A DNA stretch of 64,000 nucleotides from Gemmatimonadota bacterium. Lineage in GTDB: Bacteria; Gemmatimonadota; Gemmatimonadetes; Palauibacterales; Palauibacteraceae. How positions within the stretch are numbered: position 1 is the first letter of the stretch; each line of letters starts with the position of its first letter. The stretch is from contig DATHRZ010000102.1 in the NCBI GenBank assembly GCA_035464655.1, positions 18,894 through 82,893 on the forward strand, read 5' to 3'. Positions 46,176 through 55,742 of this stretch are shown piece after piece. Below the pieces are notes generated by a model. That model was given only the letters and a program-made list of their open reading frames with translations. It was not told the origin of the DNA and ran no database searches. The position numbers and the translations under genes were made by a program.

Positions 46176-48754
46176 TCTTCGTCCGCCAATCGCTTCAGGT
46201 CGGCCAGGGCGACGAGCGCGTCGAGCGGCGTCATGTCGTCGGTGTCGTAGCCGGCGATCCGTTCACGCAGGGCCGACTCCCGGCGTTCGAACAGCGAGAG
46301 CTGATCGCGCCGCAGATCGGCAAGGTGCGAAAGGCGGGTGCCGCCCCCCGGTCCGTGCTCGAGTTCGTGCAGCACGTCGAACGCCCGATCGACGACGGCC
46401 GCGGGGATGCCGGCCAGCCGTGCGACCTGCACGCCATAGGAGCGATCGCAGCCGCCGCGCTCGAGGCGCCGCAGGAACACGATGTCGTCGCCCGTCTCGC
46501 GCACGGCGACGTTCCAGGCGCTCACGCCGTCCAGCGAGTCGGCGAGCTCGACGAGCTCGTGGTAGTGCGTGGCGAAGATCGTGCGCGCCCCGATCCGCTC
46601 GTGCACGTATTCCGTCACGGCCCACGCGATCGCCACGCCGTCGTACGTCGACGTGCCGCGACCGATCTCGTCGAGCAGGACGAGGCTACGGTCGGTGGCC
46701 CCGTTGAGGATGGTCGCGGTCTCGGTCATCTCGACCATGAACGTGCTGTGACCGCTCGACAGGCTGTCGGAGGCCCCCACGCGCGTGAACACGCGGTCAC
46801 TGATCCCGATGCGCGCGGCGTCGGCCGGAACGAACGAGCCGATCTGCGCCATCAGCACGATGAGTCCCACCTGCCGCAGCACCGTCGACTTCCCCGACAT
46901 GTTCGGCCCGGTGAGGATCATGACGAACGATTCTTCGTCGAGCACGACGTCGTTGGGGATGAACGCCTCGCGGCCGACCATGCTTTCGACCACGGGATGG
47001 CGGCCGGCCCGGATCTCGAGCCCGAACTCGTCGTGCAGCACCGGACGCACGTAGCCGCCGCGATCCGCCACCTCGGCGAGGGCGGCGTGCACGTCGATCT
47101 CGGCCACGCGCTCGGCCGCCGCCTGGATGCGGCCGGCCCGGCCGGCGAGCTCGGCGCGCAGCTCGCGGAAAATCTCCGCCTCGAGCTCGGCCAGCTCGAT
47201 TTCGGCTTCGACCACCTGCTGTTCCCATTCCTTGAGCTCGGGCGTCACGTAACGTTCCGCATTCGACAGGGTCTGCTTGCGCTGGTAGCGCTCCGGCACC
47301 TTCGCCAGGTGCGAGCGCGTAACCTCGATGTAGTACCCGAACACCTTGTTGTACCCGATCTTCAGGTTGTCGATACCCGTCGCTTCGCGTTCGGTCGCCT
47401 GCAACCCGGCAATCGCTTCGAGGGCGCCGTCCCGCACGGCGCGCAGGTCGTCGAGCGCCCCGGAACAGCCGGGCCGGACGACGCCGCCGTCGCCGAGGCT
47501 GGCGGGCGCGTCGGGATCGACCGTCGTCTCGATACGCTCCCGCACGTCTTCGAGCCCGTCGAGCTCGTCGCGCAACGTCGCCAGGCGTGGCGCCACCGCC
47601 GCCGCGAGAGCGTCGGTCAGCTCCGGCAGAGCGGCCAGCGAGTCGGCCAGCGACAGGAGCTCGCGGGGCGCCACGCGGGCGGCGGCCAGCCGACCGGTCA
47701 GCCGCTCGAGATCACGAATCCGGCCGAGCTCGTCGCAAACGGCCGCCCGCATGTCGGGCGACTCCACGAACTCGCTCACGGCCTCGAGGCGGGCTTCGAT
47801 CTCGGCCCGCTCGGTGAGTGGTCGGAGCAGGCGCCGCCGCAGGGCCCGTCGGCCCATCGCCGTTCGGGTCTGATCGAGCACCGAGAGCAACGTCGCCCCC
47901 TCGCCGGCGCGCAGCGGCTCGACCAGCTCGAGGTTCCGCCGGGTCATCTCGTCGAGGTAGAGATAGCGGCCGCGGCGGTGGACGCGCGGGGTGCGCAGGT
48001 GGGGCAGGCCGGTCGGCCGGGCCTCTTCGAGGTACGAGAGCACGGCGCCGATCGCGCCGATCAGGTGCCCGTCCCGCTCCACGTCGAGGCCGAACCCGCC
48101 GATCCCCGATACGCCGTATACGCGCCGCAGGGCTTCGACGCCCACGTCGGGCGAGAACCGCCAGGCTTCGCGCACGGTCTCGACCCAGCGTCCGGCCGGC
48201 AGATCTGTCGCCGCATCGTTCCCGGGTACGAGCAGCTCGGCGGGCTCGAGGCGGCCGAGCTCGTCCGCCACCGCGTCGCGCCGGCACTCCCAGACCTCGC
48301 ATTCCCCCGTGGACAGGTCGGCGGTCGCGATCCCCAGCCATTCGCCGCCCAGTCCCCCGACGCCCGCCACGAAGTTGTTCCGGCCCGCGGCGAGCAGGTT
48401 CTCGTCGAGCGTCGCGCCGGGCGTGACGACTTCCGTGACTTCCCGCCGGACCAGCCCCTCGGCCTGCGACGCGTCCTCGACTTGCTCGCAGATCGCCACG
48501 CGCCGCCCCTCGCGCACGAGGCGGGGGAGGTATTCGCCGAGCGCCTTGACCGGCACTCCGGCCAGCGGCACGTCGGAGCTGCCGTTGTTTCGCGAGGTGA
48601 GGGTGATGCCGAGCAGGCGGCTCCCCACCTCGGCGTCGTCGAAGAACATCTCGTAGAAGTCCCCGACGCGGAAGAACAGCAGCGAGTCGGGGTGCTTCGA
48701 CTTCACTTCGAGGTACTGGCGGATCAACGGCGTGTGCGCGGTGGTCCCGGTCAT
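46172..48754 (-). CDS. mutS: DNA mismatch repair protein MutS
   Basis: N-terminal mismatch domain (LIRQYLEVK, GDFYEMFF), Walker A GPNMSGKST, HTH C-terminus. Confidence 0.95.
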   Translation of the reverse strand: MTGTTAHTPLIRQYLEVKSKHPDSLLFFRVGDFYEMFFDDAEVGSRLLGITLTSRNNGSSDVPLAGVPVKALGEYLPRLVREGRRVAICEQVEDASQAEGLVRREVTEVVTPGATLDENLLAAGRNNFVAGVGGLGGEWLGIATADLSTGECEVWECRRDAVADELGRLEPAELLVPGNDAATDLPAGRWVETVREAWRFSPDVGVEALRRVYGVSGIGGFGLDVERDGHLIGAIGAVLSYLEEARPTGLPHLRTPRVHRRGRYLYLDEMTRRNLELVEPLRAGEGATLLSVLDQTRTAMGRRALRRRLLRPLTERAEIEARLEAVSEFVESPDMRAAVCDELGRIRDLERLTGRLAAARVAPRELLSLADSLAALPELTDALAAAVAPRLATLRDELDGLEDVRERIETTVDPDAPASLGDGGVVRPGCSGALDDLRAVRDGALEAIAGLQATEREATGIDNLKIGYNKVFGYYIEVTRSHLAKVPERYQRKQTLSNAERYVTPELKEWEQQVVEAEIELAELEAEIFRELRAELAGRAGRIQAAAERVAEIDVHAALAEVADRGGYVRPVLHDEFGLEIRAGRHPVVESMVGREAFIPNDVVLDEESFVMILTGPNMSGKSTVLRQVGLIVLMAQIGSFVPADAARIGISDRVFTRVGASDSLSSGHSTFMVEMTETATILNGATDRSLVLLDEIGRGTSTYDGVAIAWAVTEYVHERIGARTIFATHYHELVELADSLDGVSAWNVAVRETGDDIVFLRRLERGGCDRSYGVQVARLAGIPAAVVDRAFDVLHELEHGPGGGTRLSHLADLRRDQLSLFERRESALRERIAGYDTDDMTPLDALVALADLKRLADEE

Positions 48755-49593
48755 GGCTCCTCCGGCACGGCGATCGCCTCGAACCCGTGACCCCGAAAGC
48801 GCTCGGCCAGGCGCTCGGCGTCGGCGCGCGACCCGAAGCGGCCGGCGCGCACCCGGTACACCCGCACGGCACCCGATGGGCTGTCGACGCGCACGGCCAC
48901 GCCGATCCCGGCGGCTCCGTCCCGCAGGCGAAGCGCCGCCTCTTCAGTGCCGAACGCGCCGAGTTGCACGGTGAACGTGTCGACCTCGCCCGGTTCCCGG
49001 GCCTGTTCCTCGCACCGCGAGCGACCCTGCCGGGCCTCGTCGTGCACCGGATGCGCGGGCCCGAGCGCCGTCAGCGCCGCCGTCCAGGCCCCACAGGCCG
49101 CCGTCGCGTCGCCCGCGAGCTCGGCGGCGCGCGCCGTCCACACCCACGACACGGGCACGAGGTCGCCGCCCGGGTCGTCGGCGCGCAACCGCGCCAGGTT
49201 GTCCGTGGCGCGGGCGTGGTCGCCGCGGGCGAGCTGGAGCTGCGCGAGACGAAGCCGGGCCCGGCTGGCGTACGGGCCTTCGCCGTCGATCGCCGCCCGC
49301 AGATAGGCGACTTCCGCCGAATCGGGATCGGTCGCGAGCCGGCCGACCAGGAAGTCGAGCCGGGTGCGGGACTCCGGCCCAGCCGACGCCGCCGCCCCAC
49401 GCTCGTCGGCCTTCGCCAGGTAGACGGCCAGTGCCTCGCGCGCCGCCTCGACGTCGCCCCGATCGGCCGCCGCTTCGACGGCGTCGAGGTCCGCGTCCCG
49501 GCTCTGCTGGCCGAACGCGGCCGTCGGGAGGACGAGCGCCACGCCGACCAGGACCGGGCCGATGAGCACCAGGTGTCGCACGGCGGTCCTCAT
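48751..49593 (-). CDS. SPOR-domain protein with signal/TM anchor and TPR-like region
   Basis: N-terminal hydrophobic segment, then C-terminal FTVQLGAFGTEEAALRLRD...VYRVRAGRFGSRADAERL typical of a SPOR peptidoglycan-binding domain. ATG at 49593 inside a longer ORF-track frame. Confidence 0.7.
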   Translation of the reverse strand: MRTAVRHLVLIGPVLVGVALVLPTAAFGQQSRDADLDAVEAAADRGDVEAAREALAVYLAKADERGAAASAGPESRTRLDFLVGRLATDPDSAEVAYLRAAIDGEGPYASRARLRLAQLQLARGDHARATDNLARLRADDPGGDLVPVSWVWTARAAELAGDATAACGAWTAALTALGPAHPVHDEARQGRSRCEEQAREPGEVDTFTVQLGAFGTEEAALRLRDGAAGIGVAVRVDSPSGAVRVYRVRAGRFGSRADAERLAERFRGHGFEAIAVPEEP

Positions 49594-50624
49594 GCCGTGG
49601 CTCGCGCGCTTCGGCCGGCGCGGTGACCGACTTCGAGCCGCAGCAGTAGCTCGTCGAGGGCCTCGCGGTCCGTGGCCCCGGTCTTCGCGCGCCGGTCGGC
49701 GTCGAGCAGCGCGACGAGGGCGTCGTCGATTTCCTCGACCGTCCACGCGCGCGCCTGTCCGGCGATCGTCCGCGCCTTCCACTTGAGATACGACTTGCCG
49801 GACCGGTCGAGGGTTCGCCCCACCAGGCCGGCGCCACCCTCGATCGCCACGCCCACCAGCAGGTGCTGCTCGACGAGCGCGATCAGCAGCCCGACGGCGC
49901 TCTCGCTCGGCGTCGCGAGCAGGTCGGCCAGGCGGTGACGGGCCGCCGCGTAGCGCCGCGACACCACGTCGTCGATCCAGTCCCAGCGGTTGACGTCTCG
50001 CGTGTTCGGGACGAGCGCCCTGACGAGCGCCAGATCGACGGCCCCGTCGCTCGCACCCGTCAGCTTCTCGAGCTCCGCCTCGAGGACGCCGAGATCCGCC
50101 CCTACCGCGTCGGCGAGCGCGGCCGCCGCGTCGCCCTCGAGCTCGACCCCGTAACGGGCGCGTGCCCGTTCGATGAGCCAGCCGGGGATCTCGTTGTCGC
50201 GGGGCGCCTTCCATTCGAGGTCGACACCGGCCGACTTCAACGTTCGATAGAACGCGGCCTTCGACCGATCGGGAATCTTCGCGGCCACGACGAAGGTCAC
50301 GTCGGACGGCAGCTTGCCGACGGCGTCCTCCACGACCTTGCGCCCCGTGGGCGTGAGCCGGTCGGCGTCGAACAGCAGGATCACCCGCCTCGGAGCCATC
50401 ACGGGCGGCATGGCGAGCGCGGAGGCGAGGGCCTCGGGGGTCACGTCGGACCCGCGGAACACGTCGAGGTTGAAGTCGCGGGTCGAAGGGTCGACGGCGC
50501 GCTCGGCCAGCCTTCGCGCCGCGTCGTCGCGCAGCCGCGCCGCTTCACCGTGAAAGAAGAAGACGCCCGAAACGTCGTCCTGCTCGAGGATTCGCTCCAG
50601 TCGCTGGTCGGCCGCCAGGCTCAT
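49590..50624 (-). CDS. holA: DNA polymerase III delta subunit
   Basis: HolA-like N-terminus (VFFFHGEAARLRDDAARRL) and C-terminal helical domain. Confidence 0.75.
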   Translation of the reverse strand: MSLAADQRLERILEQDDVSGVFFFHGEAARLRDDAARRLAERAVDPSTRDFNLDVFRGSDVTPEALASALAMPPVMAPRRVILLFDADRLTPTGRKVVEDAVGKLPSDVTFVVAAKIPDRSKAAFYRTLKSAGVDLEWKAPRDNEIPGWLIERARARYGVELEGDAAAALADAVGADLGVLEAELEKLTGASDGAVDLALVRALVPNTRDVNRWDWIDDVVSRRYAAARHRLADLLATPSESAVGLLIALVEQHLLVGVAIEGGAGLVGRTLDRSGKSYLKWKARTIAGQARAWTVEEIDDALVALLDADRRAKTGATDREALDELLLRLEVGHRAGRSARATA

Positions 50625-50658
50625 GAACGCGGACCGCGGTGCGGACCGCGCGACGACC

Positions 50659-51240
50659 CTATTGCAGACCTGTGGTCAGGAAGACCCTCGGAGTCTGCTG
50701 TTTGGAGGGATACCATTGGCGTTCGCCGTCCAGAAACAATGTCTGCGGACGCCCGTCGAGCCGATCGGCCGGCTGAACGAACGGACCCGACCTGAGGAGC
50801 GAGGGCGTCTGGTTGTCGAAGGTCACAAGCTGTTCCGGGGGCCGCTCGACGGCAACGGCGGGCAACTCGAGTTCGACGGGTACGCTCGCCGCGAACGGCA
50901 GCCAGAACAACGCGAGCAGCCCGACCGACGCGACGGCAACGAGCGCGGCACTGCCGAGGAAGCGCCTCGACGACATGTCGAGCACGCCCTGATCGAGATT
51001 GTAAAGACGGTGCGTCAGGCGGGGCATGAAATCTTCGGAGCCTTCGGCCTCGGGCAGCTCGGCCAGCAACTGGAGGCCGTCGCGAATCGTGCGATCGTAA
51101 CGCGTGCAGGCCGAACATGCGTCCAGGTGAGCCCGGAACGCGGCTTCCCGGGCCGGGCTGAGACGCCCGTCCCGAAAATCGGTGTATCCCTCGAGAAAGC
51201 CTGTGCACTGCATGAGTCCTGGCTTCACGTCTGAAGTCAC
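50659..51240 (-). CDS. anti-sigma factor (zinc-finger ZAS type) with one TM helix
   Basis: HLDACSACTRY (HxxxCxxC) motif in N-terminal domain; hydrophobic segment AALVAVASVGLLALFWL; directly downstream of the ECF sigma gene. Confidence 0.7.
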   Translation of the reverse strand: MTSDVKPGLMQCTGFLEGYTDFRDGRLSPAREAAFRAHLDACSACTRYDRTIRDGLQLLAELPEAEGSEDFMPRLTHRLYNLDQGVLDMSSRRFLGSAALVAVASVGLLALFWLPFAASVPVELELPAVAVERPPEQLVTFDNQTPSLLRSGPFVQPADRLDGRPQTLFLDGERQWYPSKQQTPRVFLTTGLQ

Positions 51241-51355
51241 CGTGTGTCCTCGCGCGCCGATCGCGCAGCGGGGCTCCTCTCTTCGCGGCGGAATAATACG
51301 CCCGGACGAAAGTCGAGTTCCGGTGCGACGGGTGCCACCAGGGCGGCGCGCCCGG

Positions 51356-51994
51356 CTACTCCAGCATGGGGGCGATGATCTGGGCGAACCGATTCCGCGC
51401 GCGGTTGAGCCGCGACTTCACCGTGCCCAGCGTCACGCCGGTGATCTCGGAGATCTCCTCGTAGGTCTTGCCCTCGAGCTCGCGCAGCACGAACACGACC
51501 CGGTGGTGCTCGGGAAGCTCGGCCACCGCCTTCTCGACCTGGTCGCGCAGATGGCGCTTGCGGTACAGATCGTCGGGCGAGAACGAGGAATCCTCCCACT
51601 GGAGGGGCCGGTGGTCGGCCTCCCAGTTCTTCTTGATCGCCTGGAACAGGACCATCGGACTGCGCGACCGATTGCGCAGCTCGTTCTTCGCCAGATTGCT
51701 GGCGATCGTGTAAATCCAGGTCGAGAACTTCTTCGTCGGATCGAACCGGTGCAGGTGACGGTAGACGCGCACGAAGGTCTCCTGGACGAGATCCTCCGCG
51801 CGGTCCCGATCGCCGATGGTCCGATAGATGAAGTTCAGCAGACGCGTATGGTATCGCTCGGCAAGCTCCTGGAACGCCGGGCGCGTGCCTTCGAGATATG
51901 CCGCGACGAGCTCCGCGTCTTCGTAGTCGCGCAGCTCGGCTCTCGAGACGTGCTCGACGGGAGCCGTCGGTTTCCGCAGTCCAATTTTCGCCAT
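51356..51994 (-). CDS. RNA polymerase ECF-type sigma-70 factor
   Basis: Region 2 (LVQETFVRVYRHLHRFD) and region 4 (EGKTYEEISEITGVTLGTVKSRL) motifs. ATG at 51994 (MAKIGLRK). Confidence 0.85.
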   Translation of the reverse strand: MAKIGLRKPTAPVEHVSRAELRDYEDAELVAAYLEGTRPAFQELAERYHTRLLNFIYRTIGDRDRAEDLVQETFVRVYRHLHRFDPTKKFSTWIYTIASNLAKNELRNRSRSPMVLFQAIKKNWEADHRPLQWEDSSFSPDDLYRKRHLRDQVEKAVAELPEHHRVVFVLRELEGKTYEEISEITGVTLGTVKSRLNRARNRFAQIIAPMLE

Positions 51995-52096
51995 CAGATC
52001 GCTCCTGTCCGCGAACGGTAAGGGCGTTCGCCTGTCCCCACCTCTTCCTCCCACGACACGAAATATACGGGCATCGGGGATTCTGGCACAGGCCGG

Positions 52097-52666
52097 TCAG
52101 TCATCCCCGAGCCGGCGCGCCGCCAGCAGGAGACACGCGACGGTCTTGGCGTCGCCGATCTCGCCCCGATCCACCATCGCCAGGGCGACGGCGAGATCCA
52201 GGGTGCGAATCTCGATGAACTCCTGTGCCTCCCGGTCCGACGCCCCGAACGTCAGGCCGGTCGCGAGATACAGGTGAACCCGCTCGTCCGTGAAGCCGGG
52301 CGTCGTCATCAGCGTCGTCAGGCGCTCGAGGCGCCGCGCCGCGATCCCGGTTTCTTCGAGCAATTCACGCCGCGCGCAGTCGTCGGGCGATTCGTCGCCG
52401 TCGAGCTTGCCGGCGGGCACCTCCCAGATCACGCCGCCCACGGCATACCTGTATTGCCTCAACAGTATGACGCCGACCGAGGTTCCGGCGTCACATCGCT
52501 CCTCCGGCCTCACGAGCGGAAGGACGGCGGCGGCCCCCGGATGACGGACGATTTCGAGCTCTCCGGTGCTGCCGTCGGGAAATTCCGCCGTCTCGACGCG
52601 CACGTCGAGCAGGCGGCCCCGAAAAACCGAGCGGCCAGCCGGCGGGTCCGACCGGGCGCCGCTCAT
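52097..52666 (-). CDS. NUDIX hydrolase
   Basis: Nudix box GKLDGDESPDDCARRELLEETG. Confidence 0.8.
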   Translation of the reverse strand: MSGARSDPPAGRSVFRGRLLDVRVETAEFPDGSTGELEIVRHPGAAAVLPLVRPEERCDAGTSVGVILLRQYRYAVGGVIWEVPAGKLDGDESPDDCARRELLEETGIAARRLERLTTLMTTPGFTDERVHLYLATGLTFGASDREAQEFIEIRTLDLAVALAMVDRGEIGDAKTVACLLLAARRLGDD

Positions 52667-54033
52667 GTCCGTCGATCCCCGGGGCTCACGTGCACGGGGC
52701 CCAGCTCGCCGAGCTCCGCCGCGAAATCGGCCACCGCGCCCACGGCGAGCAGTACGAGCCCGTCGGGGGCGAGCAGTCTGCGCGCCGCGTCGCGCACTTC
52801 GGCCGAATCGACGGCCTCGATACGCTCCGGAAACCGCTCCCAGTAGTCGTCGGGCAGCTCATAGGTGACCATCTCGGCCCGACGGCCGGCGAGTTGCGAA
52901 GCGGTCTGGAACTGGAGCGGGAGCGACCTCGTCAGGGCGTTGGCCGCCAGCTCGAGCTCCGCGGGCTCGGGGGGCTCGTCTCGCAGGCGTTCGAACTCGG
53001 CCAGCAGCTCGGTGAATGCGCCGGCCGTCGCCTCCGTCGCCACCGCGGTCCGGAGCAGAAATGGGCCCGGCCGCCGGCGGCGCAGAAGGGCCGTCCTCGC
53101 CCCGTACGTCCAGCCCCTCTCCTCACGCAGCTTCAGGTTGACCCGTGAGCTGAACAGACCTCCGAGGATGGCGTTCATCACCAGGGCCGCCTCTTCGCCG
53201 GCTTCACCGCGGGCGATGCCGACGCCGCCGATCCGTAGCTCGGTCTGCCGACTCGCCGGTCGATCGAACAGCAGGATCTCGCCGGCCCGCGCCGCCTCTG
53301 CGGGCGGCGCCGGGGCGGCGGGGGGCGGCGCCTCGGGCGGGACCGCCCACTCGCCGAACTCGCGCTCGACGGCGGCCAGGACCGTCGCCGGCTCGACGTC
53401 GCCGCAGATCACCAGGCACGCCGTATCCGGCCGGGCGCCTCGCGCCCAGAATCCGGCCAGATCCGCCGCCTCGAGGCGTTCCACCGACTCGACGGTCCCC
53501 ACGAGCGGCGCTCCGTACGGGTGCCCGCCGAATACGGCGGCGTCGAGCGCATCGCCGGCCACACGGGCCGGCTCGTCGCCCCGTCGGCGAAGCTGGTCGA
53601 GCCGCATGTCGCGACGCCGGGACACCTCGGCGGGCGCGAAGTCCGGACGGCGCGTCACGGCGGCGAGAAATTCGAGCACCTCGTCCAGCTGATCGTTCAT
53701 CGCATGCATCGACAGCAGGGCGTCGTCGTAGGTCGCCCGGGCGTCGAACGCGGCGCCGAGTCCGTCGATCCACTCGGCCATCTCGCGGGCCGAGCGGCCG
53801 TCCGCACCTTCCTCGAGCAAATCGCAGGTGAGCGACGCCAGCCCCGCCCGCTCGGGCACCGTCGCGCCCGCGCCGGCGCCGAGCACGAGGCGCACGGCCA
53901 CGTCGGGCGTCGTCGTGGTGCGCGCGATCTCGACGCGGAGGCCGTTCGCCAGCCGGTGCGTCGCGAACTTCGGCAGTTCGAGTGCGGGCTCCGGGCCGGC
54001 CGGCGGCGCCTGGGTGCGAACCGGTCGACTCAT
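52663..54033 (-). CDS. M16 family peptidase, non-catalytic-type subunit (no HxxEH)
   Basis: Pitrilysin-like fold signatures (NGLRV, LLEEG..., FLLRTAVATE) but no inverted zinc motif. ATGA junctions on both sides. Confidence 0.75.
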   Translation of the reverse strand: MSRPVRTQAPPAGPEPALELPKFATHRLANGLRVEIARTTTTPDVAVRLVLGAGAGATVPERAGLASLTCDLLEEGADGRSAREMAEWIDGLGAAFDARATYDDALLSMHAMNDQLDEVLEFLAAVTRRPDFAPAEVSRRRDMRLDQLRRRGDEPARVAGDALDAAVFGGHPYGAPLVGTVESVERLEAADLAGFWARGARPDTACLVICGDVEPATVLAAVEREFGEWAVPPEAPPPAAPAPPAEAARAGEILLFDRPASRQTELRIGGVGIARGEAGEEAALVMNAILGGLFSSRVNLKLREERGWTYGARTALLRRRRPGPFLLRTAVATEATAGAFTELLAEFERLRDEPPEPAELELAANALTRSLPLQFQTASQLAGRRAEMVTYELPDDYWERFPERIEAVDSAEVRDAARRLLAPDGLVLLAVGAVADFAAELGELGPVHVSPGDRRT

Positions 54034-55304
54034 CCTTCCTCCTCGGGCACGACGTGGAGCGCCGTGCCGTCATCGGGGTCGAGCACCCGCCCGGCGATGG
54101 CCATGACTTCCGCCTCGTCGATCGCGTCGTAGCGCCCGAACACCGTGTTCACGTAGTCGGGTTCGCCACGATACACGGTCGCGTGGGCGATCATGTCGGC
54201 GCGGCGCCCGACCGAGTCGAGCTGCCGCACGAGCTGGCGGCGCGACCGGTTCCGTGCCCCGGCCAGCTCGCGCGCCGTCGGACCCTGTTCGCGCAGGCCG
54301 TCCAGCACCGCCCGGATCTCCGCCTCGAGAGACCGCGCGTCCACGCCGGGGCGTGCCGTCGCGACGACCCACAGCAGGCCCACGGACTCGGTCGGCCAGA
54401 CGTAGGCCGACACGTCGGCCGCCACGCGCCGCTCGTGGACGAGCGAGGCGTAGAGCCGCGTGCTCCGGCCGTCGGCGAGCAGCGACGTGAGCACGTCGGC
54501 GGCCTCGAAGCCCGGCTCCGTGAAGGACGGGGCCGGAAAGGCGAGGTAGACGCGCGGAACCGACACCTCGTCGGTGATCCGGACGTCGACACGGCGCGGC
54601 GGCCGGGGGACGAGCTCCGGCGGAGCGGGGGGTCGTTCGCCCCGGATGTCCCCGAACCAGTGGCGCGCCCGTTCGACGGCCGTCTCGACCGTGACGTCGC
54701 CCGCCACCACGAGCGTCGCGTTGGCCGGCCCGTACCACGTACGGAAGAACCCGGTGACGTCGTCCAGCGTGGCGGCGTCGAGATCCTCCATGTAGCCGAT
54801 CGCCGGATGGCGGTACGGGTGCCCCTCCGGGAAGGTGGCCTCGAGCACCGTCTCGACGGCGAGTCCGTACGGCCGGTTCTCGTACGACTGCCGGCGCTCG
54901 TTCTTCACGACGTCGCGCTGGTTGTCGAGCTTCGCCTGCGAGATCGCGGGCAGGAAAAAGCCCATGCGGTCGGATTCGAGCCACAGCGCCAGGTCGAGGC
55001 GGTTCGACGGCAGGGTCTCGTAGTAGTTCGTTCGATCGAACCAGGTCGAGCCGTTCATCGAACCGCCCGCGTCCTGCACGATCCGCATGTGCTCGGTGCC
55101 CTCCACGTGCTCGGACCCCTGGAACAGCAGGTGCTCGAACAGGTGGGCGAAGCCCGTCTTGCCCGGGCGCTCGTTCTTCGAACCGACGTGATACATGACG
55201 TGGACGGCCACCACGGGGGCCGAGTGGTCGGGATGCACGACGACCCGGAGTCCGTTGTCGAGCGTGCGCTCGACGAATGGGAAGCGGGGCTGATCTGTCG
55301 CCAT
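54030..55304 (-). CDS. M16 family zinc peptidase, catalytic-type subunit (HLFEHLLF)
   Basis: HxxEH inverted zinc-binding motif and downstream Glu. Start probably ATG 55304 (MATDQPRFPF, GGAG 5 nt upstream) rather than ORF-track 55424. Confidence 0.8.
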   Translation of the reverse strand: MATDQPRFPFVERTLDNGLRVVVHPDHSAPVVAVHVMYHVGSKNERPGKTGFAHLFEHLLFQGSEHVEGTEHMRIVQDAGGSMNGSTWFDRTNYYETLPSNRLDLALWLESDRMGFFLPAISQAKLDNQRDVVKNERRQSYENRPYGLAVETVLEATFPEGHPYRHPAIGYMEDLDAATLDDVTGFFRTWYGPANATLVVAGDVTVETAVERARHWFGDIRGERPPAPPELVPRPPRRVDVRITDEVSVPRVYLAFPAPSFTEPGFEAADVLTSLLADGRSTRLYASLVHERRVAADVSAYVWPTESVGLLWVVATARPGVDARSLEAEIRAVLDGLREQGPTARELAGARNRSRRQLVRQLDSVGRRADMIAHATVYRGEPDYVNTVFGRYDAIDEAEVMAIAGRVLDPDDGTALHVVPEEEG

Positions 55305-55343
55305 GTCTGCTCCGTGGGAAGGCGGAAAGATCCTGCCGGCCGA

Positions 55344-55742
55344 ATGCCGTGGCGAATGTACGCCCCGGGCGAGCCGTGCCTCAAGGCCTGGCAAAATGGC
55401 GAAGCTGCCGCATGGCAACGACATGGCGCACGCTTTGCGCAGCCGCGCCGACCGGCCACAGGAGCACGACGGCCGAGGGGGGCTGGGGACGGGTCGCCCC
55501 TCGACGACATCGAGATCGAGGTGTCGCCGGGCAGCGGGACCGGATGGACGATGCGCACGGAGGCCGACGGATCGGTCGAACTCGGAGCGGTTCGCCCGGG
55601 TGGTTACGTGGTTCGCGTGAACCCTTCGACGCTGGAGGCCGGTCAGACGAACACGCTCGTGCTCGCCGTCCCCGCCCGTCCGGTCGTGCTGCTCCGGGCC
55701 GGCGAGGAAGCGTCGAACGACGCCGGCGGCGGAAGGAAATAA
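55344..55742 (+). CDS. hypothetical small protein (low-confidence; C-terminal beta-rich segment)
   Basis: ATG at 55344; C-terminal half (DDIEIEVSPGSGTGWTMRTEADGSVELGAVRPGGYVVRVNPSTLEAGQTNTLVLAVPARPVVLL) has high GC3 and looks like a real beta-sandwich segment. Its 3' end would overlap the rnpB 3' end, so it may be a remnant or artefact. Confidence 0.25.
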   Translation: MPWRMYAPGEPCLKAWQNGEAAAWQRHGARFAQPRRPATGARRPRGAGDGSPLDDIEIEVSPGSGTGWTMRTEADGSVELGAVRPGGYVVRVNPSTLEAGQTNTLVLAVPARPVVLLRAGEEASNDAGGGRK

